Below are positions 31,897 through 43,687 of a stretch of DNA of 64,000 nucleotides, in pieces; position 1 is the stretch's first letter, and every line of letters starts with the position of its first letter. Location: assembly GCA_977017575.1 (NCBI GenBank), contig CDRNVI010000030.1, positions 1,116,001 through 1,180,000 on the forward strand, given 5' to 3'. The translations under genes were made by a program, and so were the position numbers. Under the pieces are notes generated by a model, which ran no database searches, had not been told where the DNA came from, and saw nothing but the letters and a program-made list of their open reading frames with translations. The stretch is from Paramoeba atlantica. Taxonomy: Eukaryota > Protista > Discosea.

Positions 31897-32580
31897 TTAT
31901 CTAAAATCGACAAATCTAAAATCGACAAATGACGGAACACTTGATATTGCATAAACTTGATTTCCTCGTAGCTCGATATCTTTTACTGAATCCGGAAGTT
32001 TCGAAAAGTCGACTGGACCCTCGAAAAAATTATTGCTCAGAGCTAGATATTCCAAGTTTGTAGGGAGTGACGTAAGATCTAATGCTCCGCTGAATTGGTT
32101 TTCCTGAATTCTCAAATCTTGTATTTCGGGTGGTAATACCGTTAAGTCGGCAGAACCAGAGTGCATGCAACGTGCAATGTTTAAACTAATCAGTGATGCA
32201 GGTAGATACGCAATGGGCAAGGTTCCCTTAAGTAGCGGCTGAGACTTTGTCGTACACTTCACAGTAGTGTCCGGCATGTATCGCCACAATAAATTACCCG
32301 CGAGGTGCGCCGGACCACCAGAAAAGTGGTGCGTTGAGCCACGAAAGTCGGCTTCCATAAAATGGATTTCCGAAACGTGATGTTTTGAATCACAACATAT
32401 ATATTTCCAGTCGCAGGCAGGCCTTTTGTCTGTCCATGAGTAATGCGGATTGGAAATGTTAGACACGAATTGGGCGAGTCGGTATTCCTGAGGGAGGTGT
32501 GCAGCTCGAACTTTTCCAAGTCTACTGGGCTCTGCATCGCGAAACAGAAAATGGACAATTGTACTTCGACAGTAAAACAT
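31897..32580 (-). CDS. Small LRR protein (family copy 4; recent paralog of 28515..29165)
   Basis: Long identical blocks with copy 3 (LFRDAEPSRLGKVRAAHLPQEYRLAQFVSNIS). Confidence 0.88.
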   Translation of the reverse strand: MFYCRSTIVHFLFRDAEPSRLGKVRAAHLPQEYRLAQFVSNISNPHYSWTDKRPACDWKYICCDSKHHVSEIHFMEADFRGSTHHFSGGPAHLAGNLLWRYMPDTTVKCTTKSQPLLKGTLPIAYLPASLISLNIARCMHSGSADLTVLPPEIQDLRIQENQFSGALDLTSLPTNLEYLALSNNFFEGPVDFSKLPDSVKDIELRGNQVYAISSVPSFVDFRFVDFR

Positions 32581-32989
32581 GCGAACTGAAGTTCTGCCAA
32601 AAAGAAGAATATCGAATTGGGAAAGACGCGAACAGGGCGTTATAAACTACAATTCCTGAATACAGTAGGAATCTAAAATAATATGTAATCGTGAATCTAT
32701 GATATTGATATCAGGGGTGGGGTGCTTATGTCAGTCTGATAAAGAGGAGTAATACAGTAAAAGTCACTCTTCTGAGGATGGACAGTTGCACATTGCCGCG
32801 TAAAAAAGCCCTTTTTCGTGAATTTTCGTCGCTATTCTCAGAATTGACGTTGGCAGCAGCTTTTTCAGAAAAAATTGAACCATTCTCATTTTTCCTTATC
32901 ATCCTTTTTTCGAATGAAAATAGTTGCAAAAAACAACCTTTTGTCTTTATTATTTAAAATATAACATCACCAGAGAATTTCAACATAGT

Positions 32990-34666
32990 CTTGACCAATG
33001 GGTTACGCCAATGAGAAAAAGTGTAAAGTCTTGAAGGTCGTAAGGGATAGCCCTGGCGAAACTCTGACAACTAAGATGGAACACGCGCGGTCAGAAGTCA
33101 AGGTCAATGTTCCATCGAAAACCATTTATTGATGGCTTCAAGATTCAGATGCAATCTTCGCCGCCGCTCCAAAGAGCAAACATGCCCGAGTTTCCCACCA
33201 CAAGAACCAGATGACGCTTGAGGCTGGTGTATTTTCTTGTATGGACGAAAAGCAACAGTTCACCACGCATCAACTAGAGTCCTACATCCGTAGCATCACT
33301 GGAAGTAAGTTTGATGGTAAGAAAAGCGCTTTGCAATCTTGGATTCAGCGAGTACTTAAAAAACGATTATACACATTGAATTGCTGAAGAGAAGAAATCA
33401 TTGCCCTTTTCTTGGGATGAGGATGTAATAAGTTTTGTTCAGAAAGTGCGCTTTCACGCCGAGGCGTATGGTGAAACTCGGGTGTGTAAACTCGGGTGCC
33501 GGTAGATGAGACCGGGCTATTTATTTCACACGGTTCAAAGTACGTTTGAAGAAGAAGGGGTTCTTTAGCTCCAGAAGCGATCTCTAATGTAAACTCAAAA
33601 TGTCGAGTCTCGATATTCATTGGCACCTCTACAACAATGTATGATCGGAGAAAAGTTGCCCGTCTCATTTGTATTAAAAGGTGAGCTCGATCCCAAGTCC
33701 CGAAACTCAAGAAATCTAGCGAATCGCTACCGGGACGACGCATGTGTTCGCATTAAACGAAACGCATGGGCGGACGCACAAATTTGTTCTGCTGTGTTCA
33801 AAAAAATGACACAATTAATGCCCGGAAAAATATTATGGCTATTGGACCGTTTTAAAGGATATCGGCATCTTCCCGACATGTTGAAGCAGCGGAGCGAATT
33901 CTCCTATCAAGGCGGGTCGGTTCTTTTCGGACTTGCGGGCATGATTCACTTGTGGCAACCGGCCGATCTAGGTATCATAAAAATGTTCAAAGGTCGATAC
34001 CAGAACCTTGTCCAAGAAGAAGCTGAGAATACCGAGGCCTCTTCCAACTACACTTCTTTAGACGTAATGTTGCATCTTGTGCGACGCGCGTGGGATTCCT
34101 GTCCTATCGAAAGCATTCGGTCGTGTTGGGCAAGTGGGGGATGTATCCCCAATCGAGGAACCTTGGTAGGGAAAAAAACTTTCACTCCAACCTGGACCCA
34201 GATACCCCTCTCCAGCAACACGCTCCCATCGATGTTGACCACTCTACATCGGAGGCTTGCGAAGCTGACAAAGAACTCTCGTTGGGAAGTGGTACCAGTG
34301 AAGAAGAAGTGGACGACGACGAAGAAGAAGACGTTTTCAAGTCAATCGGAAATATGGCTATCACTCAACCGTAATTTAAGGTACACAGAGGAAGCGTAAA
34401 AGAAAGAAATAACTTTTTTAAGTATTCTCATTTTTCGTGTTCAAAACGAGTAATGGCGCCACAACATAAACGAGCGAGAAGGGGGGCATGCAAAGGCACT
34501 GCGTGGTGCAACGACTATTTGCTGCGGACGGCACGAAATGGCACAGGATAGCGCATGATAAATGCAAAATAAAATCACTGCCGCCTCCATAAAACACATA
34601 TGAGCTTCCTCAAAAAGTATGCTTAAAAGGGGCCTTCACCGGTGCGCTTAAACGGGGGGGACAATA
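32990..34666 (+). pseudogene. pogo/Tigger-type (DDE_1) transposase relic
   Basis: ORF 33620..34399: KLPVSFVLKG, ILWLLDRFKGY, HLWQPADLGIIKMFKGRY (DDE_1 pattern); broken upstream frames; candidate right end TAAACGGGGGGGACAATA; left end not found. Confidence 0.75.
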
Positions 34667-35083
34667 GATTAAAATCACCCGTGATAGGAAGAAAAAGCAG
34701 ACCGTCCCCCCTTTTGTTGCACCCGAAATATTGTTAAATACAAAATGCATTGTATTGCAAATGAAGCACATGATCGCAAAATAAAAAGACGTACATTAAA
34801 AACCTCACATCGCCAATTAATGTATTCGTCAAAAATAACAATCGAGCCCGAAACAAAGGGCGAAGAGCACTGCCCTTTATTATAGAACGCAGCATACAAT
34901 GGGCTCCACAGGGGGTACATGTACATGTACCCGTTACATGTACATGTACATGACATTTATATGAACATGTATGTACATTTGCGCTGTATCCGATAGAATA
35001 TGCTCAATAAACTTTTCTGTTTTCTGCACAAAATACGCCCTACACACTTTATGACGACAATAACAGGAGATACGGATCTTGAA

Positions 35084-36367
35084 CTAACGGCCCATATGCA
35101 AGGCATCACTCCACACCGGTACACCTCGATCCACAATACGTGACCTCCAATAGCCCTCACTGTGCATCAATCGAGGACCAAAATGAATCCCTAGGGCTTC
35201 ATTACAAGGATCGTCATCTTCAATAACCGCCACTCCATTCCATCCGATCGCCAGACACGCATGGAAGTCACTCATTAGGTGATCCCCCAAGTACGTTACG
35301 TTCTTCGGATGCGTTACTCGATGAAACACTGCCGCGCTCCCGCCGAGATAGACCTTTCGTCCATCCAGCTCCACATCCTTTACTGCCACCTCCGGGGTTT
35401 TCTCCAGCGCCTCCCAGTACTCGAATCCTTTTTCAGCGTACTCACTTCGGTCAATCTCCCGCGTGGCTCGGGAACTGTCCAAGAAGAACCCCGGCTTGCA
35501 GGAGTAGGTGAAGCTTACGTCAAACAGATTCCACCAGTGCAGCGGGTCCTCCTTCTCCGAGGGCACATGCAGCGCCTCGCGAAGCACCGCGGGGGAATCT
35601 CGCGTGTCGTCCTCCCCCCTCTCCGGGGACGGGGACAGCAGAAACCGCAACAAAAAGTTACAGTAATCAAAATGGGAGTTGGTACACAGAAACAACTTCT
35701 TGCCTTGTTTTCGCAGGTTGTGGAGATACGGCACGAACTCCGGGCGGTGATAAATATATTTCCCCGGATCACGAAGAATGTGAGGGTAATAAGACCCACG
35801 CAGCGCGGAAAGGTTGGTCCAATCAAACGAGCCCTGGTAGTACTCCGTGGCGACGTGGCCAATCGCGGCGTAGTCCCGCAGCACGGGGTGATCCTTTGTG
35901 GCATCCACGAAATCCACACACAGGATGATACCGTAGAGCGTGCCGAGGCCGAAGGCTTCACTAAACACCAGAAAATCTTCCCGTTTCTGGCTGCTCTCGA
36001 GAAACCCAAACCCACGCCAGGGGGTGTCTGTGGTGTACAGCGCGGCAATCTGCTCCGGGGTTCGTCTCGTGCGTCCGTGGAAGGCCACGAGGACTTGGCC
36101 TTGCTTGCCAAGCGACAGCAGGTCCCCGGTGTGGAGATCAAACACAACCCCGCGTCGGCAATAGCCCATATCGAAGGGGAGCTCCTCGATGGTCTTGCCC
36201 TCAAAGCAGGACCAGGTGGTGGTGTAGCGCTCGGTGAGTTTTTGGAACAGGAAGGAACGAAACCCGCGATCGATCATCGAGAGAAGGGGTTGGAGACGGT
36301 AGCGTACCAGGGTGTGGTCGAGGTCAAACCCCACCCATTGCTCCGAGGAGGATAGGGACGCGGACAT
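35084..36367 (-). CDS. HAD-superfamily 5'-nucleotidase (NT5DC-like)
   Basis: VGFDLDHTLVRY (motif I), LFLCTNSHFDY (II), KPGFF (III), YLGDHLMSD (IV). Confidence 0.88.
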   Translation of the reverse strand: MSASLSSSEQWVGFDLDHTLVRYRLQPLLSMIDRGFRSFLFQKLTERYTTTWSCFEGKTIEELPFDMGYCRRGVVFDLHTGDLLSLGKQGQVLVAFHGRTRRTPEQIAALYTTDTPWRGFGFLESSQKREDFLVFSEAFGLGTLYGIILCVDFVDATKDHPVLRDYAAIGHVATEYYQGSFDWTNLSALRGSYYPHILRDPGKYIYHRPEFVPYLHNLRKQGKKLFLCTNSHFDYCNFLLRFLLSPSPERGEDDTRDSPAVLREALHVPSEKEDPLHWWNLFDVSFTYSCKPGFFLDSSRATREIDRSEYAEKGFEYWEALEKTPEVAVKDVELDGRKVYLGGSAAVFHRVTHPKNVTYLGDHLMSDFHACLAIGWNGVAVIEDDDPCNEALGIHFGPRLMHSEGYWRSRIVDRGVPVWSDALHMGR

Positions 36368-36668
36368 GGTTTGGGGGGGGGGGTGAAGGTGTATGTGGAT
36401 GAGTAGTCGCCAAAGGATAATGTGTAGCGCAGGGTCGTGGTGAAGTTCTTTAGATTTTCAAAAGAAGAGATGCTAATATTCATCTAGCAACTTAAAACCT
36501 TGATTATTTTCTCATTATTCGTTTTTATTGTTGAATTACTCCTCGCGCACAATACAAAAATAAGAATTGTAAGTTTCGTGTTACACTGTATTTCGAGGGC
36601 CGTGTAACGTGTGAGCTACAGCAAAAGCGTTTTAAACAAAATGCCACCTGCAGTTTAATTCGTACCAT

Positions 36669-37136
36669 TTAGGACTTCGGTTTTGCATGTTTTAGTGTGT
36701 GTTCTTGTGCCTTCCTTCGAAACTGCGTAGGCTTGGACTGGAGCTCATGCGCGATATCTAGCTCTAGGGCACTATTCGGGTTTGGCTCATTTAGGAGTGC
36801 AAGGATGGAGAGCAACACCTTTGCCACATTCAATGCAGGAGACCATGTATTCCCTGTGGTTCCATGCTTCAGAATGTCAAGACAAATATCTCCGTTCTTG
36901 TTAATGTTCGGATGATAAATAGGGGTGGTAAATTTCACATGAGGAGGTCGAAATGGATAATCTGTTGGAAAGCGAAGCGTTAAGTTAAAAATTCCTCCAG
37001 CGTATGGTGTGTCCTCCGGTCCCGTAATGGTTGCTTTCCAACGATAAAGATCATTTTGCAGCGGAGCCGCAGTTACATTTTGCGGAGCATCGCGTTGCAT
37101 GTCGCGCAATTCCTTCTGCAATCGCTGTGTAGCCAT
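36669..37136 (-). CDS. Ubiquitin-conjugating enzyme E2, Ubc4/UBE2D-like
   Basis: FPTDYPFRPP, IYHPNI...G.ICLDIL catalytic Cys, WSPAL...KVLLSI..LL..PNP. Confidence 0.95.
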   Translation of the reverse strand: MATQRLQKELRDMQRDAPQNVTAAPLQNDLYRWKATITGPEDTPYAGGIFNLTLRFPTDYPFRPPHVKFTTPIYHPNINKNGDICLDILKHGTTGNTWSPALNVAKVLLSILALLNEPNPNSALELDIAHELQSKPTQFRRKAQEHTLKHAKPKS

Positions 37137-38250
37137 ATTCGTTTAAAATCTCTACAAAATTCTAGTCGTTAAATTCATTCTTTTATAGAACATAGGTTAC
37201 ATCGCAAAAAGATAATGTTATTGCAAAAAGTAGTTTATTTCCAGAAAAAAAACTTTTGTGGGAATAAGCACGGAAATAGTTTCATCAACTTTAAGAGGTG
37301 TATAGAAAGTGCAGCATAAAAATCTATTTGTTCATAAACGCTTTTAACCGTATTTACATATGGCTGAAAAATGATATGCGAAAACTCTTCTTCCAAATAG
37401 CATGTCAAGTATGCTAAATACCCAAAGAAATTTCCTCCCCTTCGTATAACCTAGTGGTCGATTTCATGAATAAGACTATCAGGCACTCTGATAGTTTTAC
37501 AGATCTGAGATCAGCGCGTTTCACATGAAAAACTACAGCTGTCCCTAACTTGCAACTAAGGGTTGATACTTTAGAAAATATTTTTGTTAAAATTTAATTA
37601 AATTGTTAAAAGAATGAATTGAAAGGTTATCTGGTTAACAACTTGTGATGCTTCTACAGCTTTGTGTTTTTCACGTTGGGCTCCGACACCATCGAAGCAA
37701 CCACTCAAAAAACGAACGTCCCTGTGTATCCATTGAAAAATAAATTTTCAAGTGTTCGACAATGAATAGTCATCAATCGAAAATGCCCCACGAATCTACA
37801 TAGAATACGACGAAATAGGATTCATATGCATACAATTCAGGAATCGAGGGTAGACCGGAGTAGTTTTTCAAGCACAGCGATAAGCTAAACTACACAACCA
37901 GGTGAACATGTACTACAATAAATCGTACCAGTTTCGAATTGCACATTCATTCAAAACAACAAGCATAGTTTTGCAATGCACTTCATTCCCATAAAGTCCA
38001 AAACTAGATCGCGCCAACCATATATTTATGCACAATGTGGTAAACGTGCAACAAAGATTTCCGATTTCAGTAAATATTCTTTTCATGCAAATCCACCATT
38101 TCAAGGGACAAATTCAAAAACTTTACACTAACGCAAAACAAAATGTACGTCACGGCAATAACAATACAGCAAAGCAAAACTTCCATTCCAAAGGCACACG
38201 CACCTGAACTCAACGTAGGCCCCAATAACCTTTAACAACGCCAATCATTT

Positions 38251-38838
38251 CTATTTGAACCGGGATTCACGGGGAGGTCGCTCCTCTCGGGTGTCCTGGC
38301 GAAATCGACGACGCTGCAGCTCATCACTACGGCGCCCGCGGATATCCTCCTCACGACGATCACGGAGGGAATGTGGCACTCGACGGGACGCGGGGTGGCG
38401 ATAGCTGCGAGTGTACTGAGAGGCGTTTTCGGAAACTCGGGAGCGGGGACGCACCTCCTCGTACCGATGTGTGCGTCGGTGACCATACCCAACGGGGTCT
38501 CGGCGTGAACTCCAGCGGTCCTGATGGAAGGCATTTAGTTGCACCTCACGCTCATGGTTACTGCCCCCACCACGACCAAAGCGGCGTGTGATGGGTGCTC
38601 CCCGACCGCCTCGTTGTGCCGAATGATGACTTTGGTGGTACCCCTCCGGAACGCGATGGTGAACTTCATGGTAGGGTCGAGCGTTGTTGTACGGTAGGGC
38701 GCCGTGCGGACGTGTGCCGTAGGAGCCTTGTCGGGGGTAACGTCGCTGTCCGATCTGACGCCCACGCTGCGGTTTCGAGCGTTGTATCTCCTTCACAAGG
38801 TCGTCCAAGGGTCGGTTGAGATCGACTTCAAGATCCAT
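38251..38838 (-). CDS. Arg/Gly-rich protein with ALYREF/Yra1-like N-terminal motif (copy A)
   Basis: DLNRPLDDLVK resembles the UAP56-binding LDMSLDDII motif; RG/RS-rich disordered body, no RRM. Confidence 0.7.
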   Translation of the reverse strand: MDLEVDLNRPLDDLVKEIQRSKPQRGRQIGQRRYPRQGSYGTRPHGALPYNNARPYHEVHHRVPEGYHQSHHSAQRGGRGAPITRRFGRGGGSNHEREVQLNAFHQDRWSSRRDPVGYGHRRTHRYEEVRPRSRVSENASQYTRSYRHPASRRVPHSLRDRREEDIRGRRSDELQRRRFRQDTREERPPRESRFK

Positions 38839-40244
38839 TGAGTTTGTGCTTCGGAAAGTCTTCTAAAATAATCAGATCACTAGGATAGTAGAAATGGTTT
38901 CGCTTGTGTTTTATTGTGGGACGGATGCTCAAATCATATTAATTTACCGTGCTACGTACGTGTTTAATTCCAGTTAGTTCGATTAATTCACCAAGCCGTC
39001 AAGGACAACATAATCTATTCTTAGAAAAACCGAATTTTCGGCACCGTTCACGAAGATATCCCATATATTTAAGGCAACTCAGTGAGTGGCGCCAAATTTC
39101 CAGGAATCATTTATCGTGGAAAAGTGCTGCGGGATACAGAAATACATTTTGTACTTCCTTTACCACGACTTTCCATTCAAGTGAACTCTCCTTTTATGCC
39201 TCCCTATTTGGTTAACTGTTTTTAGTATCATTAAACTTTAGAAATGTGTATAAAATCAAAGGTACTATGGAAGAAGAATATCACGAGTGGTCGTTTCAAT
39301 ATACCTTGAGAACTTGAACCTTGAAAAGTTTGAACATTTTGGAAAATAAAGTCATAAAATGGGGAGGTATTTTCAAGCAATTTACCATTGGTGTGCAACA
39401 CGTACGAGGAAGCGAGATTTTCAGAGTATTCTCGCTGTTGCAATAGAGCACTCTTGCTGAATGTGAATTACCTCTCAAATGGAAGTGTATCTGGATTTCT
39501 AGTGCCGCGATTCAAGATCGTAACCTTAGGCTCCTTATATCACGCGGTATAAATGTAAATAGTGCATGGAGGCAGATTACAATAGTAATGCCACTACATT
39601 CTTGCGAAAACAACAGCGTGGAAAGCTAGTATAGGTCCCAAACTCTCAAAATACGATAGGGAAATGAATTTTGAAAAAATATTTTTTTTTCACGAGATAC
39701 CCCTTCTTGAAGCCGTGACACACCTCCCAAAATGACGCCCCAAGAAATAGGTGTCCTGGCAAAACCAGGCAAAAGTTAACAGGTTTCAACTCCCTTAATA
39801 TACGCTTTTGGTACTCGAAATACTGGTCAAAAATGGCATTTTCCAATGTACAGTCCAATTCCCTCCTTTTTTTCATTCACAATTGCTTTCTAGAATAAAT
39901 GTTTAGGATACTTTAGGAGTAAGTACGCCACTTATCCAAAGAAAAAAAAGATTTTGGACCAAAAATGACAGATAACCAAGGGGGGGGTGACAGTATTCAT
40001 CGAAATCTAACACAATTGCATAATTTTTAACAAGGTAAGTTCTGTGCATGTAAATTTAATTTTTTTTGCGAAACAAATCTATTAGTAAATGATAATGATC
40101 CTATGTGTGCATTTGCAGCGCGAATACATTTACAAAAAAAGTTAGAATAGTAATAATGATATTCATTTTAGTATTTGTTTTATAATACTTCTACTTTATC
40201 AACTATATTTAAAAAACATTTTACCTTCGAATGAATCGACACGC

Positions 40245-40748
40245 TTACTTTTTCTTCTTTACCAGCGTTTCAATAAATGTCTTGCCCTTCTTACGGAGTC
40301 GTGCTGCTTCATATGAAAGAGCTTTGCGTTCAGCGGCTGACAGCTTCTTATACTTGGCAGATACCCTCTTTACCACCGCTCGGAAACAAGCCTTACGATT
40401 CTTGTGGTTTCCCTTCTCTGCCTTGTATATCGCCGGCACGGTACGCTTCGAGAACAAGGCATAAGGAACGTAGCGTGCGCTTTTCACTTGTTCTCTGAGC
40501 GCTTTCTTCTGTTTCATATTCTGGGCAGCAATCTTACTCAAGGACTGGACTTGAGCCGGAGATAATTTTTTAAAAGCGGCATGTCCTGCGGCGAGACTTC
40601 GTTTAGCCTTTTTAACTCGGAAAAACTTTGACATGAATACACGTAGCGCACATGTCGGTCCTGAGTTTCCATCCCACGGCTTCTTGATCACTTTGCGACG
40701 AAGCTTTGCGATGTCCTTGGCGAGGTTTGGAAGCACACGAGAAAACAT
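40245..40748 (-). CDS. Kinetoplast DNA-associated protein (KAP)-like, tandem HMG-like boxes
   Basis: MFSRV presequence; two ALxxFxx...K.Ls.a.r..L units (VPYALFSK...SAKYKKLSAAERKAL); very basic. Confidence 0.7.
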   Translation of the reverse strand: MFSRVLPNLAKDIAKLRRKVIKKPWDGNSGPTCALRVFMSKFFRVKKAKRSLAAGHAAFKKLSPAQVQSLSKIAAQNMKQKKALREQVKSARYVPYALFSKRTVPAIYKAEKGNHKNRKACFRAVVKRVSAKYKKLSAAERKALSYEAARLRKKGKTFIETLVKKKK

Positions 40749-41855
40749 TACAAGTAGAAAGACAGGGAAAAAGAGAGAGCTGCGTTCAACAAAGAAGACT
40801 TTGTGTGACACAAAATGTACAAGAAAGCCCAGCAAATCAGAAAGAAATTATAGGTGAAAACGGGGAGCTTTGCCCCTAAATGACATTATCACGGACTTCA
40901 TAAACACGCTTGTTACCGGTCCCGGCGTCGTCGCGAGTTGCGACGAAGTGTGAGGGAGAAGTATTCACCACGTAGATGACATGTATTGTATAACAAGGTA
41001 ACCTTCTTATAAATAAAACTGTTGGAGAAACGATCGAACAATGCAGACGAAGAGGAAAGTCTCTCCCATGATCTGGAATGCTCTGGCGAAGATGAAGAAA
41101 GGTCAGTTGACGAAGAAAGTTCTGAAAGTGATGAAGATAAACGTGATAAACAAATCGATGTACTCTTTACTTCACGCGGGTGTATTTCAACTGGCACGGA
41201 GCGACATCTCAAATATTTCGTTGCCCAACACGATGACCATTCCATTTATCATTTCAACAATAAAATGTAATAAGCTGTTATCTGCAATGCATGACATGTT
41301 ATATATCATATCATCTTACTTTCTTGCGCAACGTTGATGCATTGAACTTCATCCGTAGATCACGATCCACCAAAATAGGGCGCCTCAATGACCTGCATTC
41401 GATTAACGTCCCCAACAATAATCTGGCAATCCAATTGTACATAGCTAGACAACGATTCAAATCCGGACAAGGCGTAGTTACTGCAGTAGTGTACACCAGT
41501 ACTGGTAGTACAACTACTACAGTACTTTTTTGCCCTTCTTGATAGTTTTCTTCAATGATCGAGGGCAGAACGGTAGTTGGGTAAATTCCGAAATTATGCG
41601 TTTCTAAACGCAACGTGTTTTTATATGCATCTACATGTATAACTAGTTTACAAATATGCATGGTCTGTACAAATAGTATACATGAGCTGTTGAATGGACT
41701 AAAACTAAAGTGGGTGACGTCGAGAATTGACGCCAATCTGAATGAAACGTATAATGTCACATTTTTCATGTACTCTCTTATTTAATCCGTAATAGAGAAA
41801 ACACAGACAATTCGTTATTTTAAGGGTTAGGGCTGATTCGAATCGTCAGGTATTT

Positions 41856-42443
41856 CTATATGAACCGGGATTCACGGGGAGGTCGCTCCTCTCGTGTGTC
41901 CTGGCGAAATCGACGACGCTGCAGCTCATCACTACGGCGCCCGCGGATATCCTCCTCACGACGATCACGGAGGGAATGTGGCACTCGGCGGGACGCGGGG
42001 TGGCGATAGCTGCGAGTGTACTGAGGGGCGTTTTCGGAAACTCGGGAGCGGGGACGCACCTCCCCGTACCGATGTGTGCGTCGGTGACCATACCCAACGG
42101 GGTCTCGGCGTGAACTCCAGCGGTCCTGATGGAAGGCATTTAGTTGCACCTCACGCTCATGGCTACTGCCCCCACCACGACCAAAGCGGCGTGTGATGGG
42201 TGCTCCCCGACCGCCTCGTTGTGCCGAATGATGACTTTGGTGGTACCCCTCCGGAACGCGATGGTGAACTTCATGGTAGGGTCGAGCGTTGTTGTACGGT
42301 AGGGCGCCGTGCGGACGTGTGCCGTAGGAGCCTTGTCGGGGGTAACGTCGCTGTCCGATCTGACGCCCACGCTGCGGTTTCGAGCGTTGTATCTCCTTCA
42401 CAAGGTCGTCCAAGGGTCGGTTGAGATCGACTTCAAGATCCAT
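41856..42443 (-). CDS. Arg/Gly-rich ALYREF-motif protein (copy B, ~99% identical to copy A)
   Basis: About 6 nt differences in 588 bp counted by eye. Confidence 0.7.
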   Translation of the reverse strand: MDLEVDLNRPLDDLVKEIQRSKPQRGRQIGQRRYPRQGSYGTRPHGALPYNNARPYHEVHHRVPEGYHQSHHSAQRGGRGAPITRRFGRGGGSSHEREVQLNAFHQDRWSSRRDPVGYGHRRTHRYGEVRPRSRVSENAPQYTRSYRHPASRRVPHSLRDRREEDIRGRRSDELQRRRFRQDTREERPPRESRFI

Positions 42444-42978
42444 TGAGTTAGAAAAGGAAAGTAAAGTTGGAATGTCGTAGGGGATTGGATGTGTTTGTTT
42501 TACGGTTTTTTATAAGCCTAGTTTCACGGAGCCCAATTTCATATTTGTTGCCGGATGTCAGCGTATTGAATATGAATTTAGCGGGGTTCCAGTTGGAGCT
42601 CATTTCTGTATTAAAGCCCGTCCAATCGCCCACAGCTGTCTTGTAGATTTTCTTGCTTTTTTTTAAATGCCTTGTTGTGCAGATCTCTGTGGATCGTTCT
42701 TATTTAAAATTTAAGATTCATGACACACCTGCTTTCGATACTATACACAAGTGTGTAACCTGTACATATTGCATACATGGAGGTTGAGCTAGTTGCTCTC
42801 TGATGAGCAATGCTTCTGCATTAAATTATAAAAAAAGTAAAAAAATACATTTATAAAATATTTGCGATGATTGTCCACTTAGAAAACAAATGGAAAGAAT
42901 TCGTATGCTTGACGTGATATGTGGTGCATTGACACATGCATAGATGAGTGTTCCGGATACAGTACACATGAACAGATA

Positions 42979-43157
42979 CCGTTCCCCCCCTTTAATATGG
43001 GCAGGGACTATACCGTCCTCTCTTCTCTTATTGACTTCGGTTTTACCTTTGCCACACTATGACTGAAAACGGCGCCACGACGGGGCGCCATCTTTTTTTA
43101 GTCAGTTTCATCACCCTCCCAAAGCCGAAAAACTTTTAATAATATAGGGGGTCACAG
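42979..43157. mobile_element. Degenerate MITE of the CYGT(n)CCCCC-ended family
   Basis: TA|CCGTTCCCCCCCTTTAATAT ... ATAATATAGGGGGTCACAG; internal GGCGCC hairpin at 43071-43105. Confidence 0.5.
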
Positions 43158-43687
43158 TTAGTGATACATACACAGAGACATACTGTGTACATGCAGAGAG
43201 ACAATCACGTGTACAGTAAGTATGAAGCATGTTTCTTATGTTTCTATACGCATGTTGTTGTGTTCTAATATACACGCGTTCTAATGTTTTACACATGTTC
43301 TAATGTGTACGCGTATATTGTGTATTACAGTAAAGTCCTTTGATTTTATTCGAAAGCAAGAAATTCTATTGGTAAAATAAAGTAAACAGAGACGAAATAA
43401 AGTAAACATCTCCACGCCTTAGAGCGCTTCCTGGCAAAGGGAGCAAGGTTATGCCACAAAAGGGCTAACGGCGAAAAGTGAACGTACGTATAGAATACCA
43501 GAATATTCATATTTATGGGCTTTATAGAAATTATTAAAAATTATCATATACGGTCGCGGATTATGATAAACAGAAAGGACCGTATTTTTGTGCAAGGAAA
43601 ACTAAATAAAGTAAGCGCATTTTTTGTAAGCAATTTCTTTGTCTGACACAATACAATAGCTAGTATGTGTGAACAATTTTAGAAGGT

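Noticed and set aside
35279-36355. 358-aa + strand ORF
   Set aside because: Antisense shadow of the HAD nucleotidase; no motif
41821-41832. TAAGGGTTAGGG telomere-like hexamers
   Set aside because: Only two imperfect units; chance level
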